Source: Terriglobia bacterium
Lineage (GTDB): Bacteria > Acidobacteriota > Terriglobia > 20CM-2-55-15
Assembly (NCBI GenBank): GCA_965198225.1
Contig: CBDAOY010000007.1
Span: 640,001-704,000, forward strand
Length of the DNA stretch: 64,000 nt
Direction of reading: 5' to 3'
Shown here: in pieces, positions 10,062 through 20,982 of the stretch
How the letters are laid out: each line of letters begins with the position of its first letter
Numbering within the stretch: the first letter of the stretch is position 1
Notes under the pieces: generated by a model
What the model saw: only the letters and a program-made list of their open reading frames with translations
What the model was told of the DNA's origin: nothing
Database searches by the model: none
Made by a program: the position numbers and the translations under genes

Positions 10062-10896
10062 CGTTCCTCCGGAGACCATACTTTTCCCGAAACTCGTCCA
10101 GCGAAGACCGGGCTTCGGCCAACAGGTCCTCGATCCTGGCGCGGTAATCCCAGCCGCGTTCGACGTGTTCGTCGTGTACCTCGAAGACCATCGGGCCGTG
10201 GAAGTTGGACACGGCAAGCTCCGCTATCAGTCGAGGCCAATCGACTGTTCCTTCGAATGGCCACAGATGGTCGTCCAGTTCTCTGCCGTTGTCGTTGAGG
10301 TGGATTGCCGCGACGCGTTCGAGGCGCGGAACCGATCCCTGCAGGTTGCCGTGGCCGGTATCGTAGCAGATCCGAACGTCGGGCAACCGCGCCACGTCCG
10401 CGAATTCCCGGATTCTTTCGAGCGTGGAGATTTCGTTCGGTATGTTCTCGATCAGGATCTCCACATCGGCAAACGTCCGGATGGTCTCCACCAGGACGTA
10501 GGCATGGTCGAACGCGACGTGCCCGAACTGTTCGTGCGGTGTCCCGAGGTGGATGACGACATAGGACAGGGGCATCCAGTCCGACAGCTCGAGAGCTCGC
10601 TTCAGTTCGTCGAGTGCTTCCAGCCGGTGTCGCTCACCTGGGGCAAGCGCCGAGATCCATCGGACTCGACCCGGCCCTTCCTGTTCATAGAACGGCATGT
10701 GCAGCGAAGGGGGCGGCATGCCGTTTGCTTTGAACCACCCGGCGATGTCCTTTGCGTTCCCGCGGTCGTGATAGTCCAGGTGAGGCCGGTTGGCGAACAG
10801 CTCGATATGACGATAGCCTGCCGAGCGCAGTTGTTCGAGCTGTTTCACGCGCAGTTTGCGGTTCTTGAACGCCAGTGTGGATACTCCGAACACCAT
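10039..10896 (-). CDS. Sugar phosphate isomerase/epimerase (AP endonuclease 2 TIM-barrel family)
   Basis: Metal-binding motifs LIENIP, CYDTGH, IHLNDN...[13 protein letters not shown]. Confidence 0.85.
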   Translation of the reverse strand: MVFGVSTLAFKNRKLRVKQLEQLRSAGYRHIELFANRPHLDYHDRGNAKDIAGWFKANGMPPPSLHMPFYEQEGPGRVRWISALAPGERHRLEALDELKRALELSDWMPLSYVVIHLGTPHEQFGHVAFDHAYVLVETIRTFADVEILIENIPNEISTLERIREFADVARLPDVRICYDTGHGNLQGSVPRLERVAAIHLNDNGRELDDHLWPFEGTVDWPRLIAELAVSNFHGPMVFEVHDEHVERGWDYRARIEDLLAEARSSLDEFREKYGLRRNDDDDLHS

Positions 10897-10977
10897 CAGA
10901 GAGAGCCCTCCCGTTCCCGATTTTTCGACCCGGGAGTGGGAACCGTGAGTTCGGGTCTCATGCTATGATTTTTCCTT

Positions 10978-12483
10978 ATGTTCCGCAAAACACTCAGCTC
11001 AGTCGTTCTGGTCCTGGTTTTGGGTGGGATCAACACCCTGCCGGCTCAGACCAACACCGCGATAATCGACAGGGACATCCGTGTTTTTACGACAGTTGCG
11101 GCGTTGAACGCTGCCGGTTTCGACGTCGAATTGGCGCCACAGTATCACCCGGTGCGGGAACAGGTCCGAGTACATCTCGAGTCGCTCGAGACCGACCTTC
11201 GAACTCGGCTCGGAGAGTTCTACCGCGAGCAGAGGGGCGAGGAATCGGACGCGGCACAACTCCCCAAGTATGTGTCGCTCGCGCTCAGCTTGACGGATCC
11301 TCCCACGATGGAGTTCGCATTTGACGAGGACTTCGTCCCTCCGGACGCTCGGGAACTCGCCGACTTCTTGCCGCTGCTGCGGGAGTTCTACCTTAAAGCA
11401 GGCGTGCCCCAGTTGTGGTCGAGGGTACGGTTCCAGTATGAAGAGTCCCTGGATGCAATGGGTCCCGCCCTACGCGAGATGATCCTCCGGACAGACGCTT
11501 TCTTGCGGGTTCCCCTAGGAGGTGTCCGCGGCCGGCAGCTTGTCACGTTTCTGGAACTTGCGGCGCCCGTCAACAGCGTCAACGTCCGGAACTATCAAGA
11601 CAATCTCTACATCGTACTCGGCCCCTCTACTGACATCCCCGTCGAGGATGTGCGTCACGCGTACTTGCATCTTCTACTGGATCCCTTGGTTACGCAGAAC
11701 CGCGAGAACCTGCGGGAGGCCGGCAGGCTCGCCTCCCTCATCGAGGGAGTCGAGGGTATCCGGCCCCTGTTCACCGATGATTTCGCCATCCTCGCGACCG
11801 AATCGCTGATCCGCGCGGCTGAAGTGCGGATGGATCGGCTCGTCGGCGTCCGTGCGGCCGAGCAAATGGATGCGGCATACCGCGCCGGGATGCTGCTAGC
11901 GCCTTTTTTTAATGACGAATTCGAAAAGTTCGTGGCCGCTGAAGCCGGAATTCGCGAGTACTTTCAGGAGATGATCGAAGCCATCGACGTCGAGAGCGAA
12001 GAGGCTCGTTTCGAGGAACGCTTTTATCAGATCGAGCCTCCGCCCCAGATCGAGGTCAGGGCAGAAGTCCCGCCGGCTCCACTCGCGCCGGATCCGGTAC
12101 GCGAGATCCTCCGAGAGGCCCAGGTCGCCTTCAATTCCGACGAGGATGACGCGGCGGAGGAGGCCTTCCAGCGAATTCTGAGGGAGTTCGACCAGACCAA
12201 CGGTCCGGCCTTGTATGGAATGGCGTTGATCGCCAGTCGAGAAGGGGATCCGGAACTGGCCGAGGGTTACTTCGTGCGTACGATCGAGAGCGAAAATGCC
12301 GAAGCCGCCATGATCGTTTGGTCCCACATCTTTCTCGGACGAATCTACGACATCGAATGCGAACGGGAGAGCGCACTGGATCAATACGAATTGGCGATCC
12401 GTTTCGGAGACGACACGCGGGGCGCCCAGGCGGCAGCCCGCGCCGGTCAAGAGGCCCCGTTCGGAGGAGGATGCCGGAACTGA
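10978..12483 (+). CDS. Secreted hypothetical protein with C-terminal TPR repeats
   Basis: Signal peptide; 501 aa; TPR-like C-terminus (ALYGMALIA, WSHIFLGRIYD); degenerate HAYLH metallopeptidase-like motif. Confidence 0.75.
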   Translation: MFRKTLSSVVLVLVLGGINTLPAQTNTAIIDRDIRVFTTVAALNAAGFDVELAPQYHPVREQVRVHLESLETDLRTRLGEFYREQRGEESDAAQLPKYVSLALSLTDPPTMEFAFDEDFVPPDARELADFLPLLREFYLKAGVPQLWSRVRFQYEESLDAMGPALREMILRTDAFLRVPLGGVRGRQLVTFLELAAPVNSVNVRNYQDNLYIVLGPSTDIPVEDVRHAYLHLLLDPLVTQNRENLREAGRLASLIEGVEGIRPLFTDDFAILATESLIRAAEVRMDRLVGVRAAEQMDAAYRAGMLLAPFFNDEFEKFVAAEAGIREYFQEMIEAIDVESEEARFEERFYQIEPPPQIEVRAEVPPAPLAPDPVREILREAQVAFNSDEDDAAEEAFQRILREFDQTNGPALYGMALIASREGDPELAEGYFVRTIESENAEAAMIVWSHIFLGRIYDIECERESALDQYELAIRFGDDTRGAQAAARAGQEAPFGGGCRN

Positions 12484-12514
12484 ACGTTGGGGATCGCGAC
12501 CGGTCAAGGAAGGC

Positions 12515-12542
12515 TTGACACTCCGAGGCGTGCAGTCATAAT
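12515..12542 (+). promoter_or_regulatory. Putative sigma70 promoter
   Basis: TTGACA-16 nt-CATAAT upstream of the 12586 ORF and its AAGGAG RBS. Confidence 0.55.
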
Positions 12543-12585
12543 CTGAGGTTTTGCTATTTCACTAGAATTCAAGGAGATATCTGGA

Positions 12586-13827
12586 ATGATCATCAACAAA
12601 CGAGCGGCGTTCGGGATGGCGCTGCTGACGGTGTTCTTGTGCCAGACTAGCCTGGAGGCGGCCGAGCAGCGCGGCCGGGGTCGGGGGGGCAGAGGACGTG
12701 GCGGTCAGCAACAGCAACAGGCTCGGAACCCGTTCTTCCCCACTGTCGGCTCTCAGCAGGAACTCGAGGACTATCGCGCAATCGATGCCGAGCAGAGCCC
12801 GATCACCAAACTGACGCTGTCGGAAACCTTCCTGACGACCTACCCGGAGAGCGAACTCAAGCATCTGATCCATCGATCCCGTCTTCAAACGTTCGCCCAG
12901 ATCAACAACGATCAGTCCGTGATTGCCGCCGCCGCCGACGCACTAGCGGCGCACACTGCGTTCTACGACATGAAGATGGAGGAGTCGGCTGAATCCGACG
13001 TCCGGGAGACCCCGGACTATCAGCAGTTCCTGATGGACTTTGCCAATGCGAAGGCCTACTATCTGCGGGAGCAGATGGACGGCTATGACAGGCTGGGTCA
13101 GTTCCAGCAGGTGGTCGACACGGGAGATCCGGCGCTTGCGGCTGAGAAGGAGGCTTTCGAGTTGTACGGATCGACCGCCGACGAGAGTCTTCCGGAGTAC
13201 CAGCAGGCCGTCCAACAGCACCAGCAACTCGTGATGATGAACTACCAGAAGATGGTCGGCGCGCACCAGATTCTGGGCAACGTGGACAGTATCGTCGAGT
13301 ACTCCGAGAGCGCGCTGGAAATCGATCCAAACAGCCTGCCGTTTCTGATGATGCTCTCCGATACCATAGCGTCGCGGCCATCGGACGATGAGAGCGAGCG
13401 GGAAGAGCAGATGGAAGTCGCCCAAGACTATGCCGAGAAGGCACTCGAAATGGTAGAAATGTTGTTGTCGGGACCGGCCTCGATGCAGATGTCAGCGGAG
13501 CAGAAATCCGGATTGACGACAGCCGTGCGGGCTACCTTGGGAAGGATCTATTTCAACAACGAAGAATGGGACGACGCGCGTGAGGAGTACCAACAAGCCG
13601 TCGAGGCGTCCCCCAGGGACTCGGCGTCTCATTTCTTCCTCGGGCTTTGCTACGCGCGGGAAAACAAGGCCGACGAGGCCCTGGACGCGCTGGCGAAAGC
13701 GGTCTTCCTGAAGGGACCTGAGGAGGCTCAGGCCCGCCAGACCCTCCAGAACATCTGGGAAACGCTGAACAGAGAGGACGATATGGAGGCGTTCATCCAG
13801 GAAAAGGGACAGTCGGTCGGCGGTTAA
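12586..13827 (+). CDS. Secreted TPR-repeat protein
   Basis: Signal peptide, RG/Q-rich linker, TPR helices (TLGRIYF, HFFLGLCYA). Confidence 0.8.
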   Translation: MIINKRAAFGMALLTVFLCQTSLEAAEQRGRGRGGRGRGGQQQQQARNPFFPTVGSQQELEDYRAIDAEQSPITKLTLSETFLTTYPESELKHLIHRSRLQTFAQINNDQSVIAAAADALAAHTAFYDMKMEESAESDVRETPDYQQFLMDFANAKAYYLREQMDGYDRLGQFQQVVDTGDPALAAEKEAFELYGSTADESLPEYQQAVQQHQQLVMMNYQKMVGAHQILGNVDSIVEYSESALEIDPNSLPFLMMLSDTIASRPSDDESEREEQMEVAQDYAEKALEMVEMLLSGPASMQMSAEQKSGLTTAVRATLGRIYFNNEEWDDAREEYQQAVEASPRDSASHFFLGLCYARENKADEALDALAKAVFLKGPEEAQARQTLQNIWETLNREDDMEAFIQEKGQSVGG

Positions 13828-13848
13828 GCTCTAAACCCGTAGCTGCGG

Positions 13849-13891
13849 AAGGCGATCCGACTCACGGGGTCGGGTCGCCTTTTTTGTTTTT
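13849..13891 (+). terminator. Rho-independent terminator
   Basis: Stem AAGGCGATCCGAC/GTCGGGTCGCCTT followed by a T-tract. Confidence 0.85.
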
Positions 13892-13909
13892 CGATCTTGC
13901 TTACCAACA

Positions 13910-14623
13910 ATGAGAACGATCGGTGACCTCGAGTATGCGCTCGACTACAAGTTCCGCTCGGCGGAACTCATTTCCCAGGCCCTGACCCACAGCTCCCACG
14001 CGCACGAGCAGGACCTTGGACGCCTCGAAGACAACGAGCGGTTGGAGTTCCTCGGTGACGCCATCCTGGGGTTCCTGATCAGCGACTTCCTCTACCAGGC
14101 ACGCCCGAGTCTTTCCGAAGGTCAGCTGTCCAAGCTAAAGGGTTTTCTGGTGAGTTCTGCCAACCTCGTCAAGTACGCCGAACAGCTCCACCTGGGCGAT
14201 TATCTTCGCCTCGGCAAAGGAGAGGAGAAGACGGGGGGGCGTCGAAAGCAAGCACTCCTGGTCGATGCATTCGAGGCCGTCGTCGCTGCGATTTACCTGG
14301 ACGGCGGCCCCGAGGCAGTCCGGGACGTCGTGCTCGCGTTTTTCCGCCGCCAGATCGAAGAGGTGTCGGAAACGTCGGAGCGAATCGCCGACTTCAAGTC
14401 CGCACTGCAGGAGGAACTTCAAGGGAGAGGGCGAGGCGCCGCGCAATACGAGGTCGTCGGGGAGGCCGGTCCGGATCATCAAAAGCTGTTCACGGTTGCG
14501 GTCGCCATCGACCACGAACAGGTCGCGGAGGGAAAGGGCTTGACGAAGAAAGCGGCAGAGCAAGCGGCCGCGATGGAGGCTATACACCTCTTGCGGGGAA
14601 CCGACCTCAAGAAGGAGGAGTGA
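13910..14623 (+). CDS. rnc: Ribonuclease III
   Basis: Signature NERLEFLGDAIL and C-terminal dsRBD (GPDHQKLF, KKAAEQAAA). Confidence 0.97.
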   Translation: MRTIGDLEYALDYKFRSAELISQALTHSSHAHEQDLGRLEDNERLEFLGDAILGFLISDFLYQARPSLSEGQLSKLKGFLVSSANLVKYAEQLHLGDYLRLGKGEEKTGGRRKQALLVDAFEAVVAAIYLDGGPEAVRDVVLAFFRRQIEEVSETSERIADFKSALQEELQGRGRGAAQYEVVGEAGPDHQKLFTVAVAIDHEQVAEGKGLTKKAAEQAAAMEAIHLLRGTDLKKEE

Positions 14624-14904
14624 AGCCAGGCGATCCGCCACTGTCGAGCTACACTTGATGTTTCCCTCATGAATGGCGCAAAATCGGGGTTTCACCCGAG
14701 ACAGGGTGTCTGGAGCGACGCTCGATTCCCAGGTTTGAGATTTGCTGTCAGGTTTCGGGGATCAAGCCTGCTGTCAGCGATCTGCATTCAGCTCTCAGCC
14801 GGGAAATCCAACGCCGAGGGAACTCAATCCAGAAGCCGGGTGCTGGGTGCCGATGGCCGATTGCGTCTGCCGAATCTGAAATACTTTGGATAAACTTGAG
14901 AGAG

Positions 14905-15669
14905 ATGTCTGAAGAGCTGCAATACCGGAAATCGACGCCTCGCGAATACTTCGAATCGCTCGTCATAACAGTGATCCTCGCGTTGTTCGGAACCACGTTC
15001 ATCATCCAGGCATTCAAGATCCCGACCCCCTCCATGGAAGACAACCTGCTCGTCGGGGACCACCTGTTGGTGAACAAGTTTGCATTTGGGTCTCCGGGAT
15101 CGCTCCTGGATGGCATCATGCCGTTCAAAGACGTTCAACGGGGCGACATCATCGTCTTCAAGTATCCGCGAGACCTGACGAAGCATTACGTCAAACGCGT
15201 CGTCGGTCTTCCCGGGGATCACATCAGGATCGCCGACAAACAGGTATTCATCAACGGCGAGGCGCTGGATGAGCCCTACAAGATCCACACAAGCCCCCCT
15301 GGTGCGTACGCCGATCCTTTCCGCGACTATTTTCCGCCCCGACCCCATCCCGGCCGTCGGTACAGTGGAGTTGATCAGAACCCTTACTGGTACGAGGATC
15401 ACGTCGTCGAGAACGAGATCGTGGTGCCCGACGGCAGATACTTCGCGATGGGTGACAATCGCGACAACAGCTCCGACAGCCGGTACTGGGGGTTTGTTTC
15501 CAGGCAGGAGATCGTCGGCAAGGCGCTGGTCATCTACTGGTCCTACGAAACCAATTCTGAAGCGTATCGTCGAACAGCGGTAAGGGATCGGTTACAGCAG
15601 GTCGTCGATCTAGGTACGAATTTCTTCACGAAAACGCGCTGGACCCGGACGTTCAAGATAATACGCTGA
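14905..15669 (+). CDS. lepB: Signal peptidase I
   Basis: IPTPSMEDNLLVGD (catalytic Ser), YVKRVVGLPGD (Lys), MGDNRDNSSDSRYWG; start could be TTG at 14896. Confidence 0.96.
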   Translation: MSEELQYRKSTPREYFESLVITVILALFGTTFIIQAFKIPTPSMEDNLLVGDHLLVNKFAFGSPGSLLDGIMPFKDVQRGDIIVFKYPRDLTKHYVKRVVGLPGDHIRIADKQVFINGEALDEPYKIHTSPPGAYADPFRDYFPPRPHPGRRYSGVDQNPYWYEDHVVENEIVVPDGRYFAMGDNRDNSSDSRYWGFVSRQEIVGKALVIYWSYETNSEAYRRTAVRDRLQQVVDLGTNFFTKTRWTRTFKIIR

Positions 15670-15681
15670 TCCCTCCTAATC

Positions 15682-16308
15682 ATGACTTCCAGGCATTCGG
15701 TCCTGCTGGCCAACGGCGTACTTGCCGGGGTCCTTCTTTGGCTCGTTTTCTGGGTCCAGCACGGGAGCGGGCCTGAATCCCGGCAACGGTTCCTCGAAGT
15801 TTCCCCGGAAGCGGCCGAATCGCTCGAGAGTAAGATCGCGTCGATCCGTCGGGCAGAATCCGATCCTGACCGCGACGGGAGCACTGCGACGACGATCCAG
15901 ATTACAGCGATCGAGATGGAGTCGTTCGTAGTCTACGAGATGGAAGATGAGATCCCTGCCAGGGTCGAGTCCATCGACGTCGGAATCGGCGCCGAAACGA
16001 TATCTGCCCTGACCGAGCTGACGTTCTCAGGGGAAGAAAGCGGCAATTTCATGCTCGACTTCCTGATGGGAGGCACTCACAGTCTTTTCGTCGAAGGGCG
16101 CCTCAAGGCGGAGAAGGGACGAGGCAGCTTCGAACTCCGGGGAGTCCGGGTCGACGGGCTTCCGGTCCCTGTCGTTCTCATCGAGGCGCTCGTCGACCGG
16201 TTCGTCACGCCCCGCTACCCCCAGGTCGATCTGGGCGCGCCGTTCGACGTCCCATGGGGCGTCGAACAAGTTGTCCTATCCCCCGGCCTCGCCACCATCA
16301 CCTACTGA
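15682..16308 (+). CDS. Membrane-anchored hypothetical protein
   Basis: 208-aa ORF with an N-terminal TM segment, co-oriented right after lepB. Confidence 0.7.
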   Translation: MTSRHSVLLANGVLAGVLLWLVFWVQHGSGPESRQRFLEVSPEAAESLESKIASIRRAESDPDRDGSTATTIQITAIEMESFVVYEMEDEIPARVESIDVGIGAETISALTELTFSGEESGNFMLDFLMGGTHSLFVEGRLKAEKGRGSFELRGVRVDGLPVPVVLIEALVDRFVTPRYPQVDLGAPFDVPWGVEQVVLSPGLATITY

Positions 16309-16350
16309 TCCGCCAATCCTGTAGGTCACCGCTTGGAGAGTTTCTTTTGT

Positions 16351-16428
16351 TAACCACTGAGGCGCGGAGGCTCGAAGGGGAAAAGAAAGACAGAAATAAC
16401 TCTCCGCGTCTCGGTGCCTCCGTGGTTA
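16351..16428. repeat. Inverted-pair repeat, family B (AACCACGGAGGCAC...)
   Basis: TAACCACTGAGGCGCGGAG ... CTCCGCGTCTCGGTGCCTCCGTGGTTA between convergent genes. Confidence 0.75.
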
Positions 16429-16479
16429 GACTCCGGCTGTTTCCGTACGCGGTGGCTGTAAATTTGGCGGGGTGAGGGA

Positions 16480-17379
16480 TCAGGCGGAGGCTTCGGCGGC
16501 GCAAGGGGCGGCAACTTTTGCGGCGCGAAAGATATAGCTGAGCTTGGAGTGTTCTTCGTCCAGGACGTCGAGCCGAGAGCTCTGAAGCTGGCGCTTGAAG
16601 TCTTCGATGTTGAAGCAGGCGTATCTGACGATGCGATCCGCCACGCGCAGCCAGAGCGGTGGCGTGTTCGGGCATGCGACGGTCTGGCAGACAAACTCGC
16701 CCCCGACCTTGAGGACTCTGGAAATCTCAGCCAGCGCCTGGTCGTAGTCGGTGAAGAGCTGTAGCGCGCCGCAACAGATCACTCCGTCGAATGTCTCCGA
16801 TTTGAACGGGAGCGACATAGCGCTACCCCGCATGTAGTAGACGTTGTCGAAGGACTCCTGCCGAGTCAGCTCGACGGCTCGCTCGATCATCTGCCGCGCC
16901 AGGTCGACGCCGACGACTACCCTACCGCCGCCGGAGCGAGCGACGCTGCGCGTGAAGTTTCCGGGACCGCATGCCAGGTCCAGCACCAACCGGTGTTTCG
17001 TCGGCTCCATCAGCTCGGTGATGCGACCAAGATCTTCCTGAAACGACCGGGTGCTCGTCACGAAGTAGCCGAACGGCCGCCATATGTTGTCGTAGACAGC
17101 GATCGCAGGGCGGAACTGAAGCGCGCGCTGGATGGGGGTGATTCGTTCCTCGTAGTCCGGGCAGAGGTCCAGGTATCCGTCGCGGACGGGAAACTCCTTG
17201 CCGCAGTCCAGGCAGACGAGCTGGGCGTTGTCACGGAACACCGACGTGGAGCCATTATTCGATTGCCAGTACGTGTTGCCGGAGAGGCACAGAGAGCAGC
17301 GGAGGGCGTCCAGGACTTCCGGGAGTCCTGGACGGGTTCCCTCGACTGACTGCTGCAATGCGGAGGTCTCTGTGTCCAA
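16480..17379 (-). CDS. Class I SAM-dependent methyltransferase with an N-terminal Zn-ribbon
   Basis: CSLC...CLDC; VLDLACGPG; LPFKSETFDGV. Confidence 0.85.
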   Translation of the reverse strand: MDTETSALQQSVEGTRPGLPEVLDALRCSLCLSGNTYWQSNNGSTSVFRDNAQLVCLDCGKEFPVRDGYLDLCPDYEERITPIQRALQFRPAIAVYDNIWRPFGYFVTSTRSFQEDLGRITELMEPTKHRLVLDLACGPGNFTRSVARSGGGRVVVGVDLARQMIERAVELTRQESFDNVYYMRGSAMSLPFKSETFDGVICCGALQLFTDYDQALAEISRVLKVGGEFVCQTVACPNTPPLWLRVADRIVRYACFNIEDFKRQLQSSRLDVLDEEHSKLSYIFRAAKVAAPCAAEASA

Positions 17380-17496
17380 TGTCCCAACCCCGTATGTCTA
17401 ATAGTTTGCGCTGCTTAGCAAAGGTGGAAGATTAGGCGATGACGCCAGCCGTGTCAAGGCGGCGCATGCTAACTGTAGGATGTTGACTGTGCCTTA

Positions 17497-17566
17497 GGGT
17501 CCGAAAAAGAGCCAATGTGAGGGGGACAGGGGCCTGGCCCTGTCCCCGGGTGTGTGCTTACGCTGC
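17497..17566. repeat. REP-like palindrome, family A (GGGGACAGGG...CCCTGTCCCC)
   Basis: TGTGAGGGGGACAGGGGCCTGGCCCTGTCCCCGGGTGT; copies elsewhere in the window. Confidence 0.85.
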
Positions 17567-17652
17567 AAAGTCCGGGAATGACACACCGAAAAACCGACCG
17601 TCATGAACCCCCGCTACAACATTGCCTCGATGCGCTAAGATAAAAAGTTTCC

Positions 17653-19650
17653 ATGAGCTTCGAACTCGCTTCGACATACTTGCCCCGCGGAGACCAGGCA
17701 GCGGCCATCGATCAACTCGTCCGCGGTCTCGACGACGGAGACAGGGACCAGGTCCTGCTCGGAGTGACCGGTTCGGGAAAGACTTTCACGATGGCCAAGG
17801 TGATCGAGCAAGTAAAGCGCCCCACCCTCGTGCTGGCCCACAACAAGACTCTGGCCGCCCAGCTGTACCACGAGTTTCGAGGATTCTTTCCGACAAACGC
17901 AGTCGAGTACTTCGTCAGCTATTATGATTACTACCAGCCCGAGGCCTACATCGCCTCCACAGACACCTACATCGAGAAGGAATCGACGATCAACGACGAG
18001 ATCGACCGCCTGCGCTTGTCGGCAACCCGATCGCTGTTCGAGCGAAGCGACGTCGTTATCGTGGCATCCGTCTCGTGCATATATGGTCTCGGCTCGCCGG
18101 AGGCGTACTTCGGAATGCTGTTGATGCTGGAGAAGGGCCAGCACATTGCACGCCGGGACATTCTTTCGAAACTGGTCGAGATTCTTTATGCGCGGAACGA
18201 CGCTGATTTCAGGCGGGGAACCTTTCGCGTCCGGGGGGACACGGTCGAGGTTCATCCGACCTACGAGACAATCGGTTACCGCATCGAGCTCTGGGGGGAT
18301 GAGGTCGAAGCGCTCAGCACCTTCGACCCTCTGACCGGCGACGTTCTCAAGCCGCTGGACCGGTTGACGGTGTACCCGAAAAGTCACTTTGTGATCCCGA
18401 GGCCTCGCGTGGAACGCGCTATCGAAAGCATCCGCGCGGAGTTGAAGGACTGGGAAGCATTGCTGGAGCGTCAGAATAAACTGCTCGAGGCCCAGCGGGT
18501 CCACCAGCGGACGCTTTTCGACATCGAGATGATCAAGGAAGTCGGCTATTGCCATGGCATCGAGAACTATTCGCGACACCTCACGGGTCGCAACCCCGGT
18601 CAGCCGCCACCGACTTTGTTGGACTACCTGCCGCAGGATTCGCTGATGTTCATCGACGAAAGTCATCAGACGGTCCCGCAGCTACGGGGCATGTACCATG
18701 GCGACCGGTCCCGGAAATCGAATCTCGTCGACTTCGGGTTTCGCCTGCCGTCGGCGCTGGACAACAGGCCCCTGACCTTCGGCGAGTTCGAAGGACGTGT
18801 CCACCAGGTCGTTTACGTGTCGGCCACTCCCGGCCCATACGAACTCACCAAATCGAGCGGTGTCGTGGTGGAGCAGGTGATCCGACCGACGGGTCTGACC
18901 GATCCGGTGGTTGCGGTGCGGCCGGTTCAAGGCCAGATTGACGACTTGCTGCACGAGATTCGCGAACGCGTGTCGGCACAGGAGCGTGTGCTCGTGACGA
19001 CTTTGACCAAGAGGATGGCCGAGGATCTCGCGGAGTACTACACGGAAGTCGGCGTCCGCTGTCGGTATCTTCATTCCGAGATCGTCACGCTGGAGCGGAT
19101 CAAGATTCTGCGTGGGTTGCGACGCGGCGATTTCGACGTCCTCATCGGTATCAACTTGTTGCGGGAAGGTCTCGACCTGCCCGAAGTGTCGCTCGTCGCG
19201 ATACTCGATGCCGACAAGGAGGGCTTCCTGCGATCGACGGGGTCATTGATCCAGACGATCGGCAGGGCGGCCCGGCACGTCCGCGGGACGGCGATCCTCT
19301 ACGCCGATGCGATGACCGACTCGATGAAGAGGGCAATCGACGAAACCAACCGGCGGCGGGAAGTCCAGGTCGTTTACAACGAGGAGAACGGCATCACGCC
19401 AGAGACGATCGTCAAACCCGTCGACATGACCCTCGTCGCGGTCTCCGAAGCAGACTACGTTCCTCCACCGCGGATCGATCTGATCGAAGACGAGGACGAC
19501 GATCCCGCGAGAATCGGAGAGCTGATCGAACGTCTCGAAAAGGAGATGCGCGAGGCTGCGAAGCGCTTCGAGTTCGAGCGGGCGGCCGAACTCCGCGATC
19601 GAGCTAAGGCATTGAAGTCGAAGCAGCTGGAGTTGGCCGAACCGTCCTGA
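17653..19650 (+). CDS. uvrB: Excinuclease ABC subunit B
   Basis: [27 protein letters not shown]-terminal FERAAELRD. Confidence 0.98.
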   Translation: MSFELASTYLPRGDQAAAIDQLVRGLDDGDRDQVLLGVTGSGKTFTMAKVIEQVKRPTLVLAHNKTLAAQLYHEFRGFFPTNAVEYFVSYYDYYQPEAYIASTDTYIEKESTINDEIDRLRLSATRSLFERSDVVIVASVSCIYGLGSPEAYFGMLLMLEKGQHIARRDILSKLVEILYARNDADFRRGTFRVRGDTVEVHPTYETIGYRIELWGDEVEALSTFDPLTGDVLKPLDRLTVYPKSHFVIPRPRVERAIESIRAELKDWEALLERQNKLLEAQRVHQRTLFDIEMIKEVGYCHGIENYSRHLTGRNPGQPPPTLLDYLPQDSLMFIDESHQTVPQLRGMYHGDRSRKSNLVDFGFRLPSALDNRPLTFGEFEGRVHQVVYVSATPGPYELTKSSGVVVEQVIRPTGLTDPVVAVRPVQGQIDDLLHEIRERVSAQERVLVTTLTKRMAEDLAEYYTEVGVRCRYLHSEIVTLERIKILRGLRRGDFDVLIGINLLREGLDLPEVSLVAILDADKEGFLRSTGSLIQTIGRAARHVRGTAILYADAMTDSMKRAIDETNRRREVQVVYNEENGITPETIVKPVDMTLVAVSEADYVPPPRIDLIEDEDDDPARIGELIERLEKEMREAAKRFEFERAAELRDRAKALKSKQLELAEPS

Positions 19651-19733
19651 CCGGACGCTCGTCAACTCATGCACGATTGGTTTCTTGGTTCGGCTGGCCA
19701 AAGTGTTAGAATTTTAGCCACAAGGAGAGACCA

Positions 19734-20978
19734 ATGAGACACATCCCCACGATGAGTCTGGCGGCACTCATGGTCCTGTGCCCGTCGGGTTTGTGCGCGC
19801 AGACACCGGAACCGGAGCCTGCTCCCCCGCAGGAAGTGGTTGAACCGGAAGGTCCGAACTACCTCCTCATGGGGAACACCGCGTTTGAGGCCCAGAGCTT
19901 CGAAGAAGCGATCGCCGCATATTCCAACCTTCCCGTCATGGAATTGCCTTTGTATGCCCAGAATCGGCTGGCGCTCTCCTATCATTTGACGAACCGACTA
20001 AGGGAGGCGGAGACCCTCTACAAGTCGGTCACCAGGCGGGACAAAGAGTTGTCCGCCGCCTACAGCAACCTCGGCGCGCTCTATTACGGCAGGAGAAAGT
20101 TCAAGGATGCCGAGAACCGTTTCAAGGATGCACTGGAGTACGATGCGGACAGCCTGGTCCTGAGGCACAACCTTCGCGCCGCCAAGTATGCGCGCGAAAA
20201 CGGAAGGACCATCCGGCCGGTGCTGCTGGAGGAGATGGCCAACGACCCGCTCCTGCTCAACGGTGCACCCGAGGGCGAGGTGGTGCGTGTCAAGTTCCTG
20301 ATGCCAGCCGAGACCCTGGCGGAAGTGACGCTGCTGGAACGGCGTGCGGATTCTTTCCTCGCGAGGAAGATGTTCGAGGATGCGATCATCGAGTACCAGC
20401 GGGCGCTGAAGATCAACAAGTACAACCCGTCGATTGCGAACCGTCTCGGGATCGCCTATCACCAGAGCCAGCGCTTGAGAGATGCCGAGAAGCAATACAA
20501 GGCAGCCCTGAAGATCAACCCGTATTACCTGCAAGCGTTGAACAATCTGGGTTCTGTGGAATACACGCGAAAGCGGTACCGGCGTGCGATGAACTACTAC
20601 GGAAAGGCCCTCGAGATCTCGCCCAACTCCGCGACGATCCTCCAGAATTTCGGTTCCTGCCTGTTTGCCGTGGAGCAATACGAAAGGGGCCTGGCAGTCT
20701 ACATCCGGGCTCTGCAGATCGACCCGAACCTATTCAATCACACGGGCGGGTTCGGTACCCTGATTCAAACCGCGCAGCGCAACGAATCCCTGGCGAATTA
20801 CTACATGGCGAAGGTCTTCGCGGCCAGCGGTGACAAGGACAGGGCCATGTCTTTCCTGTTCCGTGCCGTCGAGGAGGGCTTTGACAACACCGAGATGCTG
20901 GCGGATCCGGCGTTTGACCTCCTCGCCGACGACGCCCGCTTCGCTCAGCTGATCGCTTCGCTCGGGGCGGACCGGTAG
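19734..20978 (+). CDS. Secreted TPR-repeat protein
   Basis: Signal peptide and multiple TPRs (AYSNLGALYY, ALNNLGSV). Confidence 0.85.
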   Translation: MRHIPTMSLAALMVLCPSGLCAQTPEPEPAPPQEVVEPEGPNYLLMGNTAFEAQSFEEAIAAYSNLPVMELPLYAQNRLALSYHLTNRLREAETLYKSVTRRDKELSAAYSNLGALYYGRRKFKDAENRFKDALEYDADSLVLRHNLRAAKYARENGRTIRPVLLEEMANDPLLLNGAPEGEVVRVKFLMPAETLAEVTLLERRADSFLARKMFEDAIIEYQRALKINKYNPSIANRLGIAYHQSQRLRDAEKQYKAALKINPYYLQALNNLGSVEYTRKRYRRAMNYYGKALEISPNSATILQNFGSCLFAVEQYERGLAVYIRALQIDPNLFNHTGGFGTLIQTAQRNESLANYYMAKVFAASGDKDRAMSFLFRAVEEGFDNTEMLADPAFDLLADDARFAQLIASLGADR

Positions 20979-20982
20979 GCGC

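Noticed and set aside
10061-10217. N-terminal extensions in the ORF track for asnS (also GMC to 24642, ECF sigma to 35286, glnA to 56473)
   Set aside because: Family similarity begins at downstream starts, and some extensions overlap neighbouring genes
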